A DNA stretch of 64,000 bases from a virus. Position numbers and translations under genes: made by a program. How positions within the stretch are numbered: position 1 is the first letter of the stretch; every line of letters begins with the position of its first letter. Location of the stretch: IMG/VR virus record IMGVR_UViG_3300002854_000001, positions 6,398-70,397 of that record; one strand, given 5' to 3'. Below are positions 1 to 9,421 of this stretch, piece by piece. Below the pieces are notes generated by a model. That model ran no database searches and had not been told where the DNA came from. It saw only the letters and a program-made list of their open reading frames with translations.

Positions 1-1571
1 TCCTTCAAGGGCCGCGCCTCGGTGCTCTTCGGGTTCGGCGCCGTCACTGCAGGCGTCAGCTCGACGGGGTAGATCTTCTTCACCCGGCCGCCGGCCATCG
101 TGCCGACGCGGCCGGACTTCGTGGTGACCTGCTCGTAAGTGGTCTGCGTGTACCCGAGGTGGGTCAAGGAACGCTCTTTCAGGCCCTTCCCGAGGTTCTC
201 GTTGGCGTACGACCCCCCGATCACCGTGTCGATGGCGTTCGGAACGAAGCCTCCCCAGCCGTTGTCCTTCCAGGCTTCGCCCCATGCCCGGTGAAGGACG
301 TTGAACTCGAAGCTGCGGTTGTGGATGACGATATGCCTGTCTTCCGGAATCATCTCGACCACCGCACGGCACTGGTCGGACGTGATGTTCTTCACGTCGT
401 CGGTCTCCCTGTGGTCGACCGTCATGTAGATCGTGTGCTGGGTGTTGCTGCCGAAGGTGATCGACATGCCCGTCAGCTCGTGGCCCAGTGCGTCGAGCTT
501 TTCCTTCTTCTCGGTCGCCTCCATCAGGCGCTCCGACCATTCCTCGGATTCCTCGGAAGCGGAGGTTTCGATGTCGAGGCTGAAGAATGGGGTTTCAGCC
601 AAGCGCGCGGCCAGCTTACCCTTCGCATCCTCGTAGTTGCCGGCGTGGACGAGCGTGTTGGTCGCGTAGAAGCGCCGAAGCTCGTGCACCCGTCGGTCAT
701 CGGGAAGCGAAGACCACAGCTTGACCATGCCAGCCTGGATATCCAGCGGGCTGTTCAGGGTGTTTACGTCGTCGACATGCAGCTCAGCGCAGCGCCAGGA
801 AATGGCCACTTGGTCCTTGCTGTCGATGATCAGTTGCAGCGGGGGGAAGTCCGCAACGTCTTCGCGCAGCCGGTCAAGCTTGCCCTGGAGGAGCAGCTCC
901 TGCAGGAGCTCGAGGCCGTCCAGGCCGAAGATGCGGACCAGATCGACGAACTTGCCATCGCCGAACTTCGCTGCGCCGGGGATCTTGTCCCCGGAGTCCC
1001 CGACAAGGGCCTTGTAGAGCGTGATGAACCTGTGCGGGAAGGGGCCGTAGGGCTGCTTGTCTATCTCGCCGAGTCGCCAGACGTGGGTATCCGTCAGCGC
1101 GTCGACAAGCACACACAGGTCACCGTCGTTCGTGCCGACGATCTTCTGGCCCGGCAGCACCTTGCAGAGGTAGCCGATGACGTCGTCGCCCTCGACCCCC
1201 TTTTGCTGGACTACGGTGCCACCGAGGTCGAGCATCATCTTGCTGACGATTTCTCGCGCCTCGTTCAGCTGGACATTGACCTCTTCGATCTTGTCTCGGC
1301 CCTCCTTGTAGCGCGGAAGGATGGCGCGTCGGCGCATTTTGGCGTTTCGACCATCCCAGGCCAGGATGATGTCGCGAGGCGCCAGGCCGAAGTGGTCGAG
1401 ATCTTTCGCGACATGCTCGAAGAACCGGTCGACGCCGTATTCCGCGCCGTTGACCTGGACCTCCTTGCCTTCCGGCGTGCGCACCTTGCGCCCGCCGTCG
1501 TGGTCGACTCCGCCCAGGAGCGCGGTGTTGAGGTAGGAGTTGCCGTCGATGATGAAGCGGGTGAGTTTCAT
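1..1571 (-). CDS. PolA-like DNA polymerase, N-terminal part (5'-3' exonuclease plus 3'-5' exonuclease domains); runs off the left edge
   Basis: Manual translation from ATG 1571 (not in the ORF track): MKLTRFIIDGNSY..AWDGRNAK..EGDDVIGYL..TNDGDL..LVGDSGDKIPG (5' nuclease motifs), then SLDIETS..VIHNRSFEF (ExoI/ExoII motifs). Confidence 0.85.
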   Translation of the reverse strand, partial: MKLTRFIIDGNSYLNTALLGGVDHDGGRKVRTPEGKEVQVNGAEYGVDRFFEHVAKDLDHFGLAPRDIILAWDGRNAKMRRRAILPRYKEGRDKIEEVNVQLNEAREIVSKMMLDLGGTVVQQKGVEGDDVIGYLCKVLPGQKIVGTNDGDLCVLVDALTDTHVWRLGEIDKQPYGPFPHRFITLYKALVGDSGDKIPGAAKFGDGKFVDLVRIFGLDGLELLQELLLQGKLDRLREDVADFPPLQLIIDSKDQVAISWRCAELHVDDVNTLNSPLDIQAGMVKLWSSLPDDRRVHELRRFYATNTLVHAGNYEDAKGKLAARLAETPFFSLDIETSASEESEEWSERLMEATEKKEKLDALGHELTGMSITFGSNTQHTIYMTVDHRETDDVKNITSDQCRAVVEMIPEDRHIVIHNRSFEFNVLHRAWGEAWKDNGWGGFVPNAIDTVIGGSYANENLGKGLKERSLTHLGYTQTTYEQVTTKSGRVGTMAGGRVKKIYPVELTPAVTAPNPKSTEARPLK

Positions 1572-1589
1572 GAAAGTCCTCTCAAAAGT

Positions 1590-1937
1590 TCACACCCGTT
1601 GTTCGCCAGGCTCGCCGTCGAGGTAGGCTGTACGGGACGTGAATGGGGGCAGGGCTCGCGGCTCCAGCCAGGCCGGGTAAAGCCCCTCCCGGGGGCGTTC
1701 CGTCGCCGCTGTGCTGGCGAGCTGGTACGTCAGGGGTTCTGTGCTCTTGTGGGCGACTACGAACCCGGTCCGAAGCGCGTTCGAGAGCCAGCCGTACACG
1801 AAGTTGGAAGTCACACCCTTGGTCGCGGACGCCGCGATGAGGCCGTTGCGCGTTTTCGGCGCGCGCAGCAGGGCCTCGAGCAGAGCTTTGGCGCGCCGAA
1901 TGCGTGACGCCTTGGAGTCGGGGTTTACCTTCGCCAC
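1590..1937 (-). CDS. Hypothetical protein (basic, possibly DNA-binding)
   Basis: GTG at 1937 with GGAG upstream; overlaps the stop of the upstream gene. Confidence 0.6.
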   Translation of the reverse strand: MAKVNPDSKASRIRRAKALLEALLRAPKTRNGLIAASATKGVTSNFVYGWLSNALRTGFVVAHKSTEPLTYQLASTAATERPREGLYPAWLEPRALPPFTSRTAYLDGEPGEQRV

Positions 1938-2170
1938 GGCGCGCTCCGGCGTTCCAGCAAACCTTGGCAATGAACGCAGCGAACCTTGCCGAGTTCGGCC
2001 CGCTTGCCCAGTTCGGAGTCGCAGTCGATGCACTCGGTCACCGGCCACGTACCGTCGGGGTTCTGGACCTGCTCAGGCTTGGCCAACTGGCGTACGGCAC
2101 CGATTTGGGCTTCGGCCAGCGACCTGGACAGGTCTGCAGCGATGTCGAGGGGGTCGTTGTTCTCCGCCAT
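1925..2170 (-). CDS. TraR/DksA-like C4 zinc-finger protein
   Basis: MAENNDPLDIAADLS..CIDCDSELGKRAELGKVRCVHCQGLLE: N-terminal DxxDxA-like motif plus CxxC..CxxC. Confidence 0.8.
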   Translation of the reverse strand: MAENNDPLDIAADLSRSLAEAQIGAVRQLAKPEQVQNPDGTWPVTECIDCDSELGKRAELGKVRCVHCQGLLERRSAPWRR

Positions 2171-2766
2171 CAGCGAATCCCCGACCAGCAGTCCGTGCCT
2201 ACGAGCTCGGGCCGGCAGCCGTTCATGTAGCGCTCGAAGATCTTTCGACCCTCTGCCTGCAGCTCGCTCACCGAACCGTTGTTGACGATCTGGTGGTCGA
2301 CCAGGTCCGGATGGATGCCGGCTTCCGACTCGTGCTGCGCGGCCTCGCCCTGGAGGTAGACGTTGTCGGGGCGTGTGACCTCCACGACGATGCCACCAGC
2401 CTGCCGGATCAGCTCTGCCTCGTTGGCGTAGCGAACGTCGGTGATCACGGCCAGCGTCCGGCCCGTGCGGTCCCATTCGTCCAGGGCGCGTCGCACCCAG
2501 ATGTCGGGGTCAAGCACGTCGCGCACGCCCTTGCCGATGTTCTGCAGCGCCTTTCGGCGTGTGCAGCGCAGGACTGGCGAGTAGCCCTCCTTGCCATCGG
2601 CGGTGTGGAAGTGGTGCGACGGCTCACCCGCGATGATCGCCACGGCCTCCTTGAGCGGATCGGCGAAGGAGATCCTTCGGAAGCCGAGCCGGACAAATGC
2701 CGCGCCGAGGGTGTCTTTGCCCGCGTGGGCCTTACCTGTGATTCCTACCAAGGAAATTGGCTTCAT
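2170..2766 (-). CDS. Deoxynucleoside monophosphate kinase
   Basis: VGITGKAHAGKDT P-loop, SFADPLKE, VITDVRYANEA. Confidence 0.9.
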   Translation of the reverse strand: MKPISLVGITGKAHAGKDTLGAAFVRLGFRRISFADPLKEAVAIIAGEPSHHFHTADGKEGYSPVLRCTRRKALQNIGKGVRDVLDPDIWVRRALDEWDRTGRTLAVITDVRYANEAELIRQAGGIVVEVTRPDNVYLQGEAAQHESEAGIHPDLVDHQIVNNGSVSELQAEGRKIFERYMNGCRPELVGTDCWSGIR

Positions 2767-2986
2767 TGTTGTTTTTGTTGTTGAGCCAGTTGAAGAACCG
2801 TCGGATCAGGTAGCCCCGAGCGACGGAGACGATGGTGAAAACGCCGGTGATCCCGAGGTTTTCGTGAAAGCTCGTGGTCAGGTTCCAGATCGGATTGACC
2901 ACGAACTCATAGGTCAGCAGGGTCACGATGAACCCCACCGCGGTGCTGAAGATGGTCTCCAGGAGTGATTGACGCTTGGCTTGCAT
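2732..2986 (-). CDS. Small two-TM phage membrane protein
   Basis: MQAKRQSLLETIFSTAVGF..FTIVSVARGYLIRRFF pattern, common in phage nucleotide-metabolism operons. Confidence 0.7.
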   Translation of the reverse strand: MQAKRQSLLETIFSTAVGFIVTLLTYEFVVNPIWNLTTSFHENLGITGVFTIVSVARGYLIRRFFNWLNNKNNNEANFLGRNHR

Positions 2987-2991
2987 AGACC

Positions 2992-3747
2992 CTAAGTGGC
3001 TAGGCCGAAGAGGCTCATGTGCCACTTCTTGATGGTGTCTTCACGGGGCACGCGGGGGGCACGGAATGGATTACCAAACTCCGCTCTGAACTCCGCGGCT
3101 TTCATCACGTTCGGAACAATCAGGTCGTACACCGCACGTAGCGACCGCTGAACGTTCAGTGCGTGAATCGCGGCGACAACAGCAGCGTTGCGATTGGTAT
3201 AGGGCGAGGTGCCCGGCTTGAGCGTGACCTCGTGCGCACCGATCTGGCCCGCCTCGAGCGCGCGAAGCACGACATTTGCTGCGTGGAGGCAGGTTTCTGG
3301 CGTGTCTTCGTTCTCGATCAAGGCGACCGCAAGTGGGTGGCTCGTCCTGAGCGGCCGTATGCAAAGTTCGTCGATAGTCGCGTCCCCGGGAACTCCGGGC
3401 GGCTTGATCAGGGCCTGGCGCATGTTCGAGTACAGCCCTTCCGAGCTAACCTCCAGGAAGTACTCAGACAGATGGATGCCAAGCTGCGGCAGCCTGGCCC
3501 TCTCGTATCGCCGCTCCTCGAGAAGAGGCGCAACGCGTAGGTTTTCCTGCCCTTCGAGGTGCTGCGCGATAGCGATGATCTTGGCAGCCGGAGTAAACCA
3601 GTCTCCCGGTCTACGGGGTCCCCCGAAGAACCGTCGAAAAGCCGAGCGGCTTAGAACAAGCCGCTCTTCCTCAATGGCGGCCAGGGGCGAGGTGACGGTT
3701 GACCGGCTTCCGAGGTGGGGCTGTCCGACGAATGTCTCCCACATCAT
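2992..3747 (-). CDS. Hypothetical accessory protein; start uncertain (frame open to 4035)
   Basis: Long ORF with weaker GC3 bias; AGGA 7 nt before ATG 3747; C-terminus resembles an HTH. Confidence 0.5.
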   Translation of the reverse strand: MMWETFVGQPHLGSRSTVTSPLAAIEEERLVLSRSAFRRFFGGPRRPGDWFTPAAKIIAIAQHLEGQENLRVAPLLEERRYERARLPQLGIHLSEYFLEVSSEGLYSNMRQALIKPPGVPGDATIDELCIRPLRTSHPLAVALIENEDTPETCLHAANVVLRALEAGQIGAHEVTLKPGTSPYTNRNAAVVAAIHALNVQRSLRAVYDLIVPNVMKAAEFRAEFGNPFRAPRVPREDTIKKWHMSLFGLAT

Positions 3748-3901
3748 CACGATGTCCTGGAAGTCCCCGAGAGGGCGGGGCACAAGCCATGTGTACGGAG
3801 ACGCCGGCGAGGCGCGCCCGAACAGGTGGAAGCCCGGCAGCTCGACACGGGGCAGACGTGCACTCTCAAGCTCCCTCACGCGCTCAACCAGCGCCTCAGT
3901 A

Positions 3902-3923
3902 ACGCAGCCGCGAGCGGCTGCGT
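3902..3923 (-). terminator. Perfect 9-bp hairpin just downstream of the MazG-like gene
   Basis: ACGCAGCCG-CGAG-CGGCTGCGT; only a short T run follows. Confidence 0.35.
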
Positions 3924-3952
3924 CCCCAAGGACAGCGAGAGCGCGCCTTGGG

Positions 3953-4540
3953 TCAGCCCAGGACGGCAGCTTCCAGCGTCTCACGCTCGGCATCCAGGTC
4001 GCGTTGCAGGGCGCGGAACTGATCAAAGTCGCCACCGGGGTAGCGCTTGAGCAGTTTGGCCATGTTCACGGCTCGGATGTACGCCTGGGTGGCGTCAGCG
4101 TGTTTCACCGCCCCGAGCTCTCGCGACACCTTTTGGGCGACCTGGGCGAGTACCAGCACGGCTTCGAAGCCGGCGGGTGCACGCTCATAGCCGACCCAAC
4201 GCTTGGCGTGGTCGAGCAGGGTGTTGATGGTGTCCTTCAGCAGGGCTTCAGGACGGGTTGAGGAGAGGATCAGAGTGACCTCGCGTTCGACTTCGTCGTC
4301 GAACGTATCGAGGGTGACTTGAAGGCGATCCTCGATGACTTGCCGCAGCGCGACCTGGTAGAACTCGACGTCCCCCAGTTCCTCGATCGCATTCACACGG
4401 TCGGATGCCGCCTCGTACTCGTGACACTCGGTCGCGAGGCCGAGGATCGCGTGGGAGAAGTCCTTCGAGGGGTCGCCGCTGCGGTTGAACAGCTTACGGA
4501 CGAAGTCCGGATAGGCCGGCTGGGCCAGTTGATTGCTCAT
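3953..4540 (-). CDS. MazG-like nucleotide pyrophosphohydrolase
   Basis: HAILGLATECHE..IEELGDVEFY acidic metal-binding motif; NMAKLLKRYP. Confidence 0.8.
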   Translation of the reverse strand: MSNQLAQPAYPDFVRKLFNRSGDPSKDFSHAILGLATECHEYEAASDRVNAIEELGDVEFYQVALRQVIEDRLQVTLDTFDDEVEREVTLILSSTRPEALLKDTINTLLDHAKRWVGYERAPAGFEAVLVLAQVAQKVSRELGAVKHADATQAYIRAVNMAKLLKRYPGGDFDQFRALQRDLDAERETLEAAVLG

Positions 4541-5255
4541 TGTTTTTCTTCTTGTTGAGAGCGAGTTCGAAAGTGTAGATGAAGTCTGCGTCCAGATCCT
4601 TCATGTTGTCCAAAGCCCATCGGATGTACGACTTCGGGACCTCGGACATCGGCTGCCCCTTGTGCTTGCCGAAGGGCATGCTGTGGACGGCCATCGGCGC
4701 TTGACTTGCGTCAGCAAGCTGGCGCAGAGTCATCCCTGTGCGGTCGCAGATGTGCCGCGCGAGGTACAGCGCTGAGTAGATGTCGGACATCACTCGGTGT
4801 GCGTTCTCCGGCCTCGGAAGGCCGAGCGCGAACATCAGCGTCGCAAGCTTGTGGTCGTCGCTGTGCGGGTACAGCTTGCGCGCCCAGCGCAGCGTGCAGA
4901 CCTCCTGCGCGATGTTCGTGAAATACGGCGACAGGAACCGAGAGTCGAAACTGATCCGATGGCCGATGAGCACGATCGGATCGTCGATGTTGCGGCCGTA
5001 GCAGCTCGGATCATCGACGCTGAAGTACTCCTCGATCGTCGGAGCATGCTCGACGTCACTGTTCGTGAGCCCGTGGATTCCCGACGCGCTGGGCGAGATC
5101 AGCATCTGCGGGTCGATCAGACTCTGGGTCTCGGAGAGCACGTTGCCGAGCTCATCGATCTCGATCCAGCCGACTTCACAGACCTTGTCCTCGGGACCGG
5201 CGCCGGTTGTCTCCGTGTCGGCGACGAAGAACCTGACGTTGTCGGGGAGGCTCAA
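4494..5255 (-). CDS. DEDDh 3'-5' exonuclease (ExoX-like)
   Basis: VADTETTG, IGHRISFD, AHRVMSDI, C-terminal MPFGKHKG; TTG start overlaps the HNH stop (TTGA). Confidence 0.9.
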   Translation of the reverse strand: MSLPDNVRFFVADTETTGAGPEDKVCEVGWIEIDELGNVLSETQSLIDPQMLISPSASGIHGLTNSDVEHAPTIEEYFSVDDPSCYGRNIDDPIVLIGHRISFDSRFLSPYFTNIAQEVCTLRWARKLYPHSDDHKLATLMFALGLPRPENAHRVMSDIYSALYLARHICDRTGMTLRQLADASQAPMAVHSMPFGKHKGQPMSEVPKSYIRWALDNMKDLDADFIYTFELALNKKKNNEQSTGPAGLSGLRP

Positions 5256-5566
5256 GCGGCCCTCGCCCGGAGTTCGCCGCGCGCGCACTCGACCAGGTTC
5301 TTCCAGCGGTTGTCGCCGCGGTCGCCGTTCTTGTGAGTCACGATGCGACGCGGCCACTTGCCGGTTTGGTGCAGGACCGCGAGGCGGTGCTCGAGCGAGC
5401 GAACGCCGTCGATGCCGATGGTGCGGTAGCCCGCGGACTCCTGGCTGCCGGCGCGCTCGCCGACAGCGGAACGGTGGCCGATCTTCTCCTTCCACTTGAA
5501 GATGCCGGTGCGGGGGTTGTAGTCGAGGACCTGGCGAATGCGCTTCGCCGTGAGCTTTTTACTCAT
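5252..5566 (-). CDS. HNH endonuclease (HNH_3-type, no AP2 domain)
   Basis: YNPRTGIFKW, HRLA, VTHKNGDRGDNRWKNL; strong AAGGAG RBS. Confidence 0.85.
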   Translation of the reverse strand: MSKKLTAKRIRQVLDYNPRTGIFKWKEKIGHRSAVGERAGSQESAGYRTIGIDGVRSLEHRLAVLHQTGKWPRRIVTHKNGDRGDNRWKNLVECARGELRARAA

Positions 5567-5586
5567 CTTTTTCTCCTTTTGAGAAT

Positions 5587-5606
5587 GGGAGGCCCGTGGG
5601 CCTCCC
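5587..5606. terminator. GC-rich hairpin between the SSB-like and HNH genes
   Basis: GGGAGGCCC-GT-GGGCCTCCC; no clear U-tract. Confidence 0.35.
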
Positions 5607-5627
5607 GTGTTCAGATCACCGTAGCAA

Positions 5628-6506
5628 TCAGATCTTGGCCGGCAGCGCGCCCAGGATCTTCAGCTTCGTCCAGTTGTTGTTGCCCTTGGACGCGAGTTCG
5701 CGGACGAAGAACAGCGTGAATGGGTCGTCCGGCAGCTTGAAGCCCGGCAGGCCCATAGCAACGCAGCGAGCCTTGTCGTTCAGCTCTTGCTGGTAGCGGC
5801 TGAAGGCCGGGATCGACGATTCGCTGAGCGTGATCTGGACCACGGTGCCCAGCGGGCCATCCTCGCCGTTCTCGCAGGCGAGCAGCGCACCGCCCACGTC
5901 GACGAAGCGGCGGCACTTCGCGTTGTCGAAGTCCTCCTCCTTTTGCAGGTACTGGACGTACTCGGCAACCGGCTTGCCTGCCCACCCCTTCAGTTCATCG
6001 CCGATGACCGAGTCGATGGTCTTGCCATCCTTCGAGTAGGCGACGAAGTCCTTGGTGGAGGCCGACTGCTCGCCGGGGGAGACCTCGAAGTGGTCGTCCC
6101 ACGAGATCATGCGGACCTGCGCCCAGCGGCCGAGGTCGGCCTTGTCGCCGCTCGATTCGATGATCGTGCCGTTGTTGCCCTTGAAGACGCGGTAGTTGCC
6201 GAATGCGAAGTCGCTGGCGCCCTTCATCGCCTCGACCTCCTTCTGGAACTCCTTGGCGCGCTTCGCGGCGTCGTTCATCGCAGCGACCGTACCGGTCGTT
6301 GCTTTCACGAGCCCCGTTGCAGCGGGCGCCACGGGAGCGTCGGCGGGCGCTGCTGCTGCGGGTGCCGCTGCGACCGCGGAGGGGGCGGCTGCCGAATCGG
6401 CGGTGCCGGCCGGGGACTCGACCACTGCGGTGTCGCCGCCGGTGTCTGCCGAGTCGACGGCGTTGGTGTTGGGTTCTTGTTCGAAGGTGGGCTTTCTCAG
6501 TGCCAT
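5628..6506 (-). CDS. Hypothetical replication-module protein, possibly ssDNA-binding
   Basis: Phage-like codon use, AAGGA RBS, Ala-rich disordered N-terminus; function inferred from position only. Confidence 0.55.
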   Translation of the reverse strand: MALRKPTFEQEPNTNAVDSADTGGDTAVVESPAGTADSAAAPSAVAAAPAAAAPADAPVAPAATGLVKATTGTVAAMNDAAKRAKEFQKEVEAMKGASDFAFGNYRVFKGNNGTIIESSGDKADLGRWAQVRMISWDDHFEVSPGEQSASTKDFVAYSKDGKTIDSVIGDELKGWAGKPVAEYVQYLQKEEDFDNAKCRRFVDVGGALLACENGEDGPLGTVVQITLSESSIPAFSRYQQELNDKARCVAMGLPGFKLPDDPFTLFFVRELASKGNNNWTKLKILGALPAKI

Positions 6507-6544
6507 GGTTTTATTTCCTTTTCGATTTCACAAACATCTGTCGA

Positions 6545-9421
6545 TCATTCCTGGCCCTTGGACCGGAACATCTCGACGCCTTCTGCCGCCAGCTTTTCAA
6601 GGCTGAAACGGTAGACCTTGGACGCCTGGTTCGTCCTGAGGGACGAACGCAGGCAAATACGATCGACGACGGCATCAAATTTCGCCATCGCCACGATGAA
6701 AGCATCCGCACTGGAGAAGAGGGGTGTGAAGCCCTTACGCTTGTTCCAGGCGAAGTACTTGATGAACGACTCACGCATCAGGATCTCGATGTGGCCATCG
6801 AGCACGATGTACTCATAGCCCTCGCGCAAAGCGAACTCGCTGTCTGGCAGCTCCGTCCTGCTGATGAGCGACATGTCGTTCAGGGTCTTGGCGGCCTCAT
6901 TGACCGCGTGGACTGCAACCTCCGACTTGTTGGTGTAGATGGCGTCGCGCAAACGATCGATGTCTGCGCGCATGGCATCCCCGAAAATGACCCCGAGGAC
7001 ATCGTCGAGAAAGTTCAGACCTCCGAGAACGACGGCAAGGTTGTAGACCTGGCGGTCGTGTACTTTTCGGTCGAGAGAGGCCCGCAGTTCTGCGATCAGC
7101 GGGATCAACGCCTGCTTGCGGGACTCGATCGTCTCGGTCATCCCCGAGCGAAGAAGGGCCGCGCCCAGCTTCGGCAAGAAATCGACACCCGCTTGTGCCG
7201 CGTAGAAGTGTTCGGAGTGGGCGTCCTTTCCAGCAGAGGTGAAGGAAACGGGCAGCGTGCGCTGCACGATCGCTGTTTGCGTCTCCTGAGCCTCGGCCAT
7301 GAAGACGATCGGAGCGGAGTACGAGAACTGGGTGACATCGCGGAAGCTGCTCGAGGCGCCACCCCGCGAAATGCCCCCAGTCGCGCCCATCGCCTGGTTG
7401 TAGGAGAGGCGAAAGGTCTGCAGCAGCAGGTCCGTGCGAACGGGGCCGAGCTCTGTGGGCTTGTACTCGTCCAGGATCAGCGGGACCGACGCGCTTCCCT
7501 GGCAGGCTGCCTTCAGCATGAAGGGTGTGAGGGACGCCCCGCACCCATACTCCAGCGGTGTCGTCGCGTTGTGCCACAACCTTGCGAAGAGCTTGGTCGT
7601 CATGGTTTTGCCGGAGCCCGCTGTGCCATTGGGATGCAGCAGAGGGAACTGCTGGAAGGCCGTCTGATAGAACTGCTTGTGCAGTGACGAGACGAACCAG
7701 CCGAGCATCTGTGCCACTGCAAGTGGCTCGTTGATGTTGAAGAGGTGGCTCAACCACTCGCGACTGTCCGGCGTATCCGATATTGGTTCGCACCTGTGTA
7801 CGTCGCTCTTGAACACGGGCTCGTTGGAGAGCCTTGCTCGAAAGCGGTACGCTACTTCTTCATTGGCTGACAGCACGCAGTCCGGTGCGGCCCAGATGAC
7901 GTCGCGCTGGATTCGGTCCGTCACCTGCGGGTTCTGAACGATGTCGAGGCCTTCGCGATGTACTGCGTAGATCTCTCGGTTCGCCTTCTTTGCGGCGGTG
8001 TCGAGTGCGGTCAAGATCGCTCCTGCTTGGATGTCGTTGCCCATGAACGTGCCGCCATATGCAGCGAACGTGTCATGCATCTTGGCTCGTGACTTGAATG
8101 TTTCGAGCGAGACGTAGCCGCGCGAGTGCTTGATGCCGCCGGCCAGGACGTCGCATTCGAATCCGATGTGCATCCGGTCTTCGACAGAAAGCATCCGAGT
8201 CGGCTTGGTAAGCGCGATGTGGCTCAACGGCTTGAGTCCGTCACCGGTGCGCAGGAAGATGCCCTGCTTGTGGATCATGACGCCGGCCATCTGCCCGCGG
8301 TTCGCAAGGTCGATCTCTGCCTGCTGGTCCTCGGTCAGCGTTTCCTCGTCGTCCATCGGAACGCTGCCTTCAAGGCTTCGGTCCACGATGTCAAGGTCAC
8401 CTGATGGTGCGCCTGGCTCCATAAGGGACCGGAGCCCGCCGGCAGAGAATGAGTAGCATGGGTTGTCGTGGGTGTAGTCCCACATCCGCCGCAACTCTTC
8501 CTTCCGCTTTCGCGGTGTGTTGTAGCGCTTCGAATCGCTCTGGTGCCCCCTGCACAAGCCTTCTGCAGCCTCGACAAGCTGGTCGGCCGATTTTCCCAGG
8601 GCGTTGGCTGCGATGGCCAACTGCATTGAGATCTTCTGGAAGCCGGTACCAGGCATGATCCCGTCGCCGGCCATCAGTCGCACCATCGACGCAGGGAACT
8701 CCCCCCTGAACTTGGCCAGCAGCGCGGTGTCGGCGCCGGCTTTCGCCTGGCGCTTGACCGCTTCGTTGATCTTCGCACTCGCCTTGACGAAGAGTGCGGA
8801 CAGGCCCATCGCCGTTGTCGGGGGATCGCGGTCGGGCTCGGCGCGGGTTGCTCCACACACCTCGGCGTATAGCTCAGGCGTCATCGCCAGCGCTTCGTCC
8901 AGGGTGATCGGCACCTTGTACTTGCCGTTCTCGCGCTGGATGTTCGGCGTCCGCCACATCCGACCCTTGCGTCCGGTGTACACGCGCAGGTCGAGGGTGT
9001 CGACAACCAGCTCGAGTGCCATCTCCTTGTAGATGTATGGCAGGCTCTGCGTTCCGGTTCGCGGCACCTTCGGCATGAAGATGTCTTCGGGAACTTCACA
9101 GTGGAAGCCGCGGCCGCCGGTGGCGTACAGGCGCAACGCCTTGAGGTTGACGCCTTGCTCTTCCTGGAGCTTGAGCAGGAATTTTTGGAATTCGGGAATG
9201 GTCTCGTCGACCGCTTCCGCATCCCAGTCGAAGTACAGCGGCCCGCTGTACTTCATCTTGTTGTACTCCTCTCGCCCCCACGTTGCGTCAGGGGCGGAGT
9301 GTGCATCGAGGACGGTCACGAAGGCTGGGTGCAGCTCAGCGATGACCTTCTGTCGATGCTCGGCGAGTGCTTCGACCCATGGGTCTTCGCCGCCGGTTTT
9401 CTGATACCAGAGGAAACTCAT
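6545..9421 (-). CDS. Primase-helicase fusion (AEP primase/PrimPol N-terminus plus P-loop helicase)
   Basis: LYFDWD, TGGRGFH, MWRTPN (AEP motifs); NGTAGSGKT Walker A and LILDEYK Walker B. Confidence 0.85.
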   Translation of the reverse strand: MSFLWYQKTGGEDPWVEALAEHRQKVIAELHPAFVTVLDAHSAPDATWGREEYNKMKYSGPLYFDWDAEAVDETIPEFQKFLLKLQEEQGVNLKALRLYATGGRGFHCEVPEDIFMPKVPRTGTQSLPYIYKEMALELVVDTLDLRVYTGRKGRMWRTPNIQRENGKYKVPITLDEALAMTPELYAEVCGATRAEPDRDPPTTAMGLSALFVKASAKINEAVKRQAKAGADTALLAKFRGEFPASMVRLMAGDGIMPGTGFQKISMQLAIAANALGKSADQLVEAAEGLCRGHQSDSKRYNTPRKRKEELRRMWDYTHDNPCYSFSAGGLRSLMEPGAPSGDLDIVDRSLEGSVPMDDEETLTEDQQAEIDLANRGQMAGVMIHKQGIFLRTGDGLKPLSHIALTKPTRMLSVEDRMHIGFECDVLAGGIKHSRGYVSLETFKSRAKMHDTFAAYGGTFMGNDIQAGAILTALDTAAKKANREIYAVHREGLDIVQNPQVTDRIQRDVIWAAPDCVLSANEEVAYRFRARLSNEPVFKSDVHRCEPISDTPDSREWLSHLFNINEPLAVAQMLGWFVSSLHKQFYQTAFQQFPLLHPNGTAGSGKTMTTKLFARLWHNATTPLEYGCGASLTPFMLKAACQGSASVPLILDEYKPTELGPVRTDLLLQTFRLSYNQAMGATGGISRGGASSSFRDVTQFSYSAPIVFMAEAQETQTAIVQRTLPVSFTSAGKDAHSEHFYAAQAGVDFLPKLGAALLRSGMTETIESRKQALIPLIAELRASLDRKVHDRQVYNLAVVLGGLNFLDDVLGVIFGDAMRADIDRLRDAIYTNKSEVAVHAVNEAAKTLNDMSLISRTELPDSEFALREGYEYIVLDGHIEILMRESFIKYFAWNKRKGFTPLFSSADAFIVAMAKFDAVVDRICLRSSLRTNQASKVYRFSLEKLAAEGVEMFRSKGQE

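Noticed and set aside
159-1907. 582-aa plus-strand ORF
   Set aside because: Antisense shadow of the minus-strand polymerase, which carries the recognisable motifs; long shadow ORFs are expected in high-GC DNA.
3209-4261. 350-aa plus-strand ORF
   Set aside because: Ser/Arg-rich, no motifs, and overlaps two minus-strand genes.
2170-4540. Z-genome or thymidine-hypermodification cluster (dNMP kinase plus MazG-like)
   Set aside because: No PurZ, DatZ, hydroxymethylase or transferase seen in the window; they could lie beyond the left edge.
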